Source: an uncultured Chitinophagaceae bacterium (GTDB lineage Bacteria > Bacteroidota > Bacteroidia > Chitinophagales > Chitinophagaceae). From it: a stretch of 64,000 nucleotides of DNA. The position numbers were made by a program, and so were the translations under genes. Of the stretch, positions 58,666 to 64,000 are shown piece by piece (position 1 is the stretch's first letter; each line of letters starts with the position of its first letter). The stretch lies in NCBI GenBank assembly GCA_964580775.1, contig CAZOLW010000001.1, positions 15,021 through 79,020 of the forward strand, in the 5' to 3' direction. The notes under the pieces are model-generated. The model made no database searches. It was not told the origin of the DNA and saw only the letters and a list, made by a program, of their open reading frames with translations.

Positions 58666-59435
58666 TAACAGAACAAACAAACATATCAGTTGAGCAAAAA
58701 AATTCTGCTGAACCGGTGATTGAAATCAGCAACCTGAAAAAAACATTTGGCGAACAGGAAGTGCTGAGCAATGTTAGCTTATCGCTTCTCAATGGTGAAA
58801 ACCTGGTTGTACTTGGAAAATCCGGATCGGGCAAATCTGTTTTAATTAAATGTATTGCAGGCTTACTCGCTGCTGATAGCGGAACAATAAAAGTGTTTGG
58901 CGAAACAGTATCAACCATGAACCGGAAAGAAATGGCTGAAATGAGAAAGAAAATCGGTTTCCTTTTTCAGTTGGGTGCATTGTATGATTCCATGACAGTT
59001 AAAGAAAACATTGAATTTCCGTTGCAGAGAATCAGGAAAGATCTTTCAAAAAAACAACGGGAAGAAAAAGTACTGGAAGCATTGGAAAATGTTGACCTCG
59101 CAGATTCAATTGACAAAATGCCTTCCCAGCTTTCGGGTGGTATGAAGAAAAGAATCAGCCTGGCAAGAACAATTGCAGTAGATCCCATGATCATGCTGTA
59201 CGATGAGCCAACAACCGGTCTCGATCCTGTTACCTCGTATGAAATAAGCGAATTGATTAATCGTGTGCAGAAAAAATATAAAACATCTTCCATCATTATC
59301 ACCCATGATATTAAATGTGCGCTGCATACAGCCAACCGGATGATGATGATCAAAGATGGCGAAGTGTACAAAGAGGGCAAAAAAGAAGAATTTGAACAGT
59401 CAGATGATCCTTTGATTCAATCGTTCTTTCAATAA
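58662..59435 (+). CDS. mlaF: MlaF-family ABC ATPase
   Basis: GKSGSGKS, LSGGMKKR and DEPTTGLDP; ATGA overlap with mlaE. Confidence 0.92.
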   Translation: MITEQTNISVEQKNSAEPVIEISNLKKTFGEQEVLSNVSLSLLNGENLVVLGKSGSGKSVLIKCIAGLLAADSGTIKVFGETVSTMNRKEMAEMRKKIGFLFQLGALYDSMTVKENIEFPLQRIRKDLSKKQREEKVLEALENVDLADSIDKMPSQLSGGMKKRISLARTIAVDPMIMLYDEPTTGLDPVTSYEISELINRVQKKYKTSSIIITHDIKCALHTANRMMMIKDGEVYKEGKKEEFEQSDDPLIQSFFQ

Positions 59436-59514
59436 ACAGTTAACCGGTTATGCATTGAAGTATTATTATTTTTCAAGCAATACTCATTTTATAAAACGTA
59501 TATAAAACACATTT

Positions 59515-60261
59515 ATGGCAACGCATTCACAAAACTTTAAAATCAGGCTGGGTCTGTTTGTAGCAGGTGGACTGGCACTGTTTATTGCCGCTGTATTTAT
59601 CATTGGCAAACAGAAGAACCTGTTTGATCCCGTGTTTAAACTTACAGCAACTTTTAACAATGTAAGCGGGCTGCAGGTAGGAAATAATATCCGTTTTGCC
59701 GGTATTACTGTGGGCACTGTTGACAATATCGTTATCATCAACGATTCAACTGTAAGAGTGGATATGCTGCTCAGGAAAACGGTGAAGAAATTTATCCGGA
59801 CAGATTGTGAAGTAGCCATTGGATCAGAAGGAATTATCGGGGATCGCCTGGTGGTTATTTCACAGGGAACTGCAGAAGCCCCACTCGTAAAAGAAGGACA
59901 AGCGCTTACATCAACAGAGCCTGTTGAAACAGATGCCATCATGGCCAGCTTACAGGTAACAGCCGGTAATGCTGAAATCATTACAGAGCAGCTTGCAGAA
60001 ATCACCGTTAAAATCAACAGCGGCAAAGGAACATTGGGACGGTTGATATCGGATCCAACCATTGCCAACAACCTGAGCCAGTCAATGACGAATATTAAAG
60101 AAAGCAGCGAAGGGTTAAGTGAAAATATGGAAGCCGCTAAAGACAATTTTCTGTTGAGAGGATATTACAAACGAAAAGCAAAAGCAGCAGAGAAGAAGGC
60201 AGCTGATAAAAAAGCAGCTGAACAAAAAGCAGCTGAGCAGAAAGAAAAGAATAAGCAGTAA
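59515..60261 (+). CDS. mlaD: MlaD/MCE-family protein
   Basis: Single TM; FNNVSGLQVGNNIRFAGITVG; SEGIIGD. Confidence 0.92.
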   Translation: MATHSQNFKIRLGLFVAGGLALFIAAVFIIGKQKNLFDPVFKLTATFNNVSGLQVGNNIRFAGITVGTVDNIVIINDSTVRVDMLLRKTVKKFIRTDCEVAIGSEGIIGDRLVVISQGTAEAPLVKEGQALTSTEPVETDAIMASLQVTAGNAEIITEQLAEITVKINSGKGTLGRLISDPTIANNLSQSMTNIKESSEGLSENMEAAKDNFLLRGYYKRKAKAAEKKAADKKAAEQKAAEQKEKNKQ

Positions 60262-60394
60262 CAGCAACATTCAGTTTAAAACAACCTTATATAATTATCA
60301 TCTGTTGCTGTATACATAAGCTGGTGCAACTGTACTCTCAAATACACACAACCCAACTTCATACGGGTATACACTTAATTAACACTTACTGACA

Positions 60395-60429
60395 TGTGAA
60401 CTATGCAATTCTTACATACAATTGTGTAA
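60395..60429 (+). promoter_or_regulatory. 35-bp regulon motif, site 6
   Basis: TGTGAACTATGCAATTCTTACATACAATTGTGTAA; CAACTTCG ends 30 bp later. Confidence 0.75.
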
Positions 60430-60514
60430 GGCTTTAGAGTTGCAAAGAAATCAACTTCGCCATGTGAAAATTCTTTCACATCTGACCCGCCATTTACGGG
60501 AAAAAACTTCTTGA

Positions 60515-62524
60515 ATGAAAACTAATTTACGTTTAACGACACTGCTGATTCTAACAGCTTTTGTATTTGCCAGTTGCGAGAAAGACACGTTCGTCGAAAA
60601 AGTGGGTATATGCCCTGAGGTGGTTTCAAACACACCTGCCAATGCTGCAACAGGCGTGCCTCTTAACCAGGTTCTTACAGCAACCTTTAACCAGGAAATG
60701 AATCCTCAAACAATCAACAGCACATCTTTTACATTAATGGGTGCAACAGCTGTAACAGGAACTGTTTCTTACAGTGGAACAACTGCAACATTTGCTCCGT
60801 CAACTCCTCTTACAGCAAATACTACGTATACTGCAAGAGTTTCAACATTGGCAAAAGATTTAATGGGTAATGCATTACAGGCAGATTATACATGGACATT
60901 CAGCACTGGTGCAACCGTTTCACCAATGGTAATTACAACTGACCCGATCAGCAATGCAACAGGAGTTGTGCTGAATAAACTGGTGAAAGCAACCTTCAGT
61001 GTACCCATGAATCCACTGAGCATTACTGCACAAACCTATACCTTAAAACAAGGCACTGTACCTGTTGCAGGAACCGTGTCTTACAGTGGTTCAACAGCAA
61101 CATTCACTCCTACAACAGCATTACTGCCGAATACCATTTATACTGCCACCATCACCATTGGTGCAGCAAATGTTGCAGGTACTACACTTGCCAATAATTA
61201 TGTATGGACATTTACTACAGGTACTCTAAATGGTCCTACAGTTCTTTCAACAGATCCAGCAAACAATGCAACAGGAGTTGTACTGAATAAACTGATTAGT
61301 GCAACCTTCAGCACACCCATGGATGCATTAACCATTACAACAACCACCTTTACAGTAAAGCAGGGCACAACATCAGTAGCCGGAACAGTTACCTATTCAG
61401 GTTCTGTTGCAACCTTCACTCCCGCTGCGCCGCTTTTACTGAATACAGTTTATACAGCTACCATTACAAACGGAGCAAAAAATGTTGCAGGCACAGCGCT
61501 TACAAATGATTATGTATGGTCATTTACAACAGAAAGTATTCTCACTCCTGTTGTAGTATCAACTGATCCTGCAAACAATGCAACCGGAGTTGTTCTGAAT
61601 AAAGTTATTAAAGCAACCTTCAGTATGCCAATGGATGCGTTAACGATTACTGCTGCAACTTTTACATTGAAGCAAGGCACAACATCCATAGCAGGAACAA
61701 TTACCTATTCGGGTTTAACTGCAAGCTTTACTCCGCTTCTGCCGCTTATTACAAACATGCCGTATACTGCCACCATAACAACGGGTGCAAAAAATGCAGC
61801 AGGTATTTCATTATCGAACAATTATGTGTGGAATTTTTCTACAGCAGCCATTTTAAATGTAACAGGTGTTGATCTTAAAACTGTTGGACGTTTTGGAATC
61901 ATTGCCGGTGTTGGTGTAAGTAACAATGCAGGCTTCAGTGAAATTCATGATATGGATGTTGGTATCAGCCCCGGTGTTCGTTCTTCTATTACCGGTTTCC
62001 CACCTGCTATAATAGTAAATGGAGCAATCTATGCTTCTGATGATATTGCACCTCCGGGAATACCTGCAATGTTAATCCAGGCAAAACAGGATTTAACCGA
62101 TGCATATCTTTTTGCAGAAGGAGCAGTTTCACCTGCACCTGCAACTGTTGCCGGTGATCTTGGCGGACAAACGCTTGCTCCGGGAATTTATAAATCAACT
62201 TCAACCTTGATGATACAATCAGGTAACCTTACACTGGATGCTCAGGGCGATGTAAATGCTGTATGGATTTTCCAGATAGCTGCAGGCTTTACAACTGTAG
62301 GCGGTGCAGGTGGAAGTGTTATTCTCAGCGGTGGTGCACAGGCGAAGAATGTGTTTTGGCAAACAGGAAGTTCTGCTACCATTGGAGACTTTACAGCGTT
62401 TAAAGGAACCATCTTAGCATTAACCTCCATTACCATGAATTCAGGAGCAACTGCCCAGGGCAGAATGCTTGCAAGAAATGGTTCAGTTGTTTTAACCAGC
62501 ACAAATATTATTACTAAGCCGTAA
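60515..62524 (+). CDS. Lipoprotein with four Ig-like (Big_5) repeats and a C-terminal DUF3494 ice-binding-like domain
   Basis: FASC lipobox; four P..NATGV.LN..I.ATFS...Y.W.F.T units; TLAPGIY, WIFQIA, VFWQTGSSAT and GRMLA. Confidence 0.9.
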   Translation: MKTNLRLTTLLILTAFVFASCEKDTFVEKVGICPEVVSNTPANAATGVPLNQVLTATFNQEMNPQTINSTSFTLMGATAVTGTVSYSGTTATFAPSTPLTANTTYTARVSTLAKDLMGNALQADYTWTFSTGATVSPMVITTDPISNATGVVLNKLVKATFSVPMNPLSITAQTYTLKQGTVPVAGTVSYSGSTATFTPTTALLPNTIYTATITIGAANVAGTTLANNYVWTFTTGTLNGPTVLSTDPANNATGVVLNKLISATFSTPMDALTITTTTFTVKQGTTSVAGTVTYSGSVATFTPAAPLLLNTVYTATITNGAKNVAGTALTNDYVWSFTTESILTPVVVSTDPANNATGVVLNKVIKATFSMPMDALTITAATFTLKQGTTSIAGTITYSGLTASFTPLLPLITNMPYTATITTGAKNAAGISLSNNYVWNFSTAAILNVTGVDLKTVGRFGIIAGVGVSNNAGFSEIHDMDVGISPGVRSSITGFPPAIIVNGAIYASDDIAPPGIPAMLIQAKQDLTDAYLFAEGAVSPAPATVAGDLGGQTLAPGIYKSTSTLMIQSGNLTLDAQGDVNAVWIFQIAAGFTTVGGAGGSVILSGGAQAKNVFWQTGSSATIGDFTAFKGTILALTSITMNSGATAQGRMLARNGSVVLTSTNIITKP

Positions 62525-62535
62525 AAGATTATTAT

Positions 62536-64000
62536 ATGAAATCAAACATTATTTTAAAAAAGAGATCATGCACTGCATGGTCTCTTTACAACCTCCGTAT
62601 CAAAACTCTTACTGCCTTCATTTTTATTTTAACCGCTACAGGAACTCTGCAGGCACAGGTTACTGATTACACAAAACCATCCTGGTGGTTTGGTGCAGCA
62701 GCTGCTGCAAACATTAACCTGTACAGCGGTTCAACACAGCAATTAAATTCTGGCTTAACTGTGCCCACAGCATTTCATAAAGGAAGTGGAGCAGGGTTAT
62801 ATGTTGCACCACTGGTAGAATATCACCGTGCCGATACAAGATTTGGATTTACGCTTCAGTTAGGATATGACAGCCGCAGAGCATCATTTAATGAAGTTAC
62901 TACAGCTTGTAACTGTCCGGCTGACCTGTCAACAAAGCTTAGTTATTTCACTGTTGAACCAAGCTTACGTATTGCACCATTTAAATCTGATTTCTATTTG
63001 TATGTGGGGCCACGTGTAGCGTTTAATCTCAACAAATCGTTTACGTATCAGTTAGGGGTTAATCCTGATATTCCAGCTCAAACAAAAAGTGCAGAAGTAA
63101 AAGGCGATTTCAGTAATATCAACAGCACCATTTTTTCCATGCAGGTTGGTGCAGGATATGATATAGCTCTTTCAGCAAAAGACAAACAGACACAGACAGT
63201 ACTTTCTCCCTTTGTTTCATTTCACCCGTACTTTGGTCAATCACCACGTACTATAGAAACATGGAATGTAACAACAGTAAGAGCAGGTATGGCTATTAAG
63301 TTTGGCCGTGGACGTAAAGTTGCAGCAGTTGCAACAACCCCATTACCAACAGAAACAGCAGTAATTGAACCCGCTGTAAAATTTTCTGTAACAGCTCCAA
63401 AAAATATTGCTGTTGAACGCAGGGTAAGAGAAATTTTCCCTCTTCGTAACTATGTATTTTTTGATCTTGGCTCAACTGAAATACCCGGCAGATATAAATT
63501 ACTGAAAAAAGAACAGGTAGCTGATTTTAAAGAAGATCAGGTTGCATTAGTTACACCGCAAAATCTTTCAGGCCGTTCAGGCAGGCAGATGATTGTTTAC
63601 TATAACATCATCAATATCCTTGGAGACCGCATGGGCAAAAACCCAACTGCTTCAATCACATTGGTAGGATCATCAGAGACTGGTTCAGATGATGGAAAAG
63701 CAATGGCAGAATCAATCAAACAATACCTTGTTACTGTTTTTGGAATTAATTCTGCAAGAATAAATATTGAAGGAAGAAATAAACCAAAGATCCCTTCTGA
63801 ACAACCAGGTGGAACAAATGAATTGGTACTCTTACGTGAAGGCGATCGCAGAGTATCGATTGAAAGCAGTTCAGCACCTTTACTAATGGAGTTTCAGAGT
63901 GGGCCGGATGCTCCATTGAAACCGGTAGAAATTTTAGCTCTGCAACAGGAGCCGCTTGACAGTTATGTTTCATTTAATGCTGAAGGAGCAACTGAAGCAT
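62536..64000 (+). CDS. Outer-membrane beta-barrel/OmpA-like protein (truncated at window end)
   Basis: Manual translation MKSNIILKK...QVTDYTKPSWWFGAAAAAN...FPLRNYVFFDLGS..., open to the window end. Absent from the ORF track because it has no stop. Confidence 0.8.
   Translation, partial: MKSNIILKKRSCTAWSLYNLRIKTLTAFIFILTATGTLQAQVTDYTKPSWWFGAAAAANINLYSGSTQQLNSGLTVPTAFHKGSGAGLYVAPLVEYHRADTRFGFTLQLGYDSRRASFNEVTTACNCPADLSTKLSYFTVEPSLRIAPFKSDFYLYVGPRVAFNLNKSFTYQLGVNPDIPAQTKSAEVKGDFSNINSTIFSMQVGAGYDIALSAKDKQTQTVLSPFVSFHPYFGQSPRTIETWNVTTVRAGMAIKFGRGRKVAAVATTPLPTETAVIEPAVKFSVTAPKNIAVERRVREIFPLRNYVFFDLGSTEIPGRYKLLKKEQVADFKEDQVALVTPQNLSGRSGRQMIVYYNIINILGDRMGKNPTASITLVGSSETGSDDGKAMAESIKQYLVTVFGINSARINIEGRNKPKIPSEQPGGTNELVLLREGDRRVSIESSSAPLLMEFQSGPDAPLKPVEILALQQEPLDSYVSFNAEGATEA

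Noticed and set aside
60295-60361. Possible seventh copy of the 35-bp operator before site 6
   Set aside because: Only GGTGCAA resembles the right half; the TGTGAA left half and the spacing do not fit.
42629-60429. 35-bp motif as a mobile repeat or CRISPR repeat
   Set aside because: The middle positions vary freely, the copies are kb apart, and each sits at fixed spacing to a promoter-like element, which fits an operator.
310-63973. Numerous short antisense or overlapping ORFs in the track (e.g. 310-705, 39322-39843, 50907-51425, 59484-60146, 63746-63973)
   Set aside because: They overlap well-supported genes on the opposite strand or frame and show no motifs; treated as shadows.

Overview
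Bacteroidota chromosomal window, probably Chitinophagaceae-like (inferred from T9SS C-terminal domains, TAnnTTTG-type promoters and AT-rich translation starts). No rRNA, tRNA, CRISPR array, integrase or transposase was recognised. Three zones: (1) 1-17.2 kb is mostly housekeeping (thiolase, DbpA-type helicase, YpdA, RNA methyltransferase, peroxiredoxin, MBL hydrolase, CotH-T9SS protein, RRM protein, dodecin). (2) 17.3-41.7 kb is an accessory patchwork (RsgA paralogue, T9SS pair, ECF sigma/anti-sigma/Spy unit with its own promoter motif, single-chain restriction-modification protein, ECF-S/PRTase/DUF362/ferredoxin operon). It is punctuated by several families of repeated hairpin elements at gene boundaries, including a perfect 56-bp direct repeat bracketing 8.7 kb. 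(3) 42-64 kb is the best candidate for an undescribed system: two tandem AraC paralogues, a 1942-aa CheB-CheR-PAS hybrid kinase, four receiver-only proteins, a sensorless kinase built on a 21-aa coiled-coil repeat, and stress/envelope effectors (USP, OmpA-TSP3, flavin reductase, Dps, MlaEFD, Ig-like/DUF3494 lipoprotein, second OmpA). Six putative transcription units in this zone begin with the same fixed-length 35-bp motif (TGTGAAT-n2-TRYAA-n13-TTGTGTAA), each ending 29-30 bp before the end of a weak -7-like element. This points to a self-contained AraC-activated regulon.
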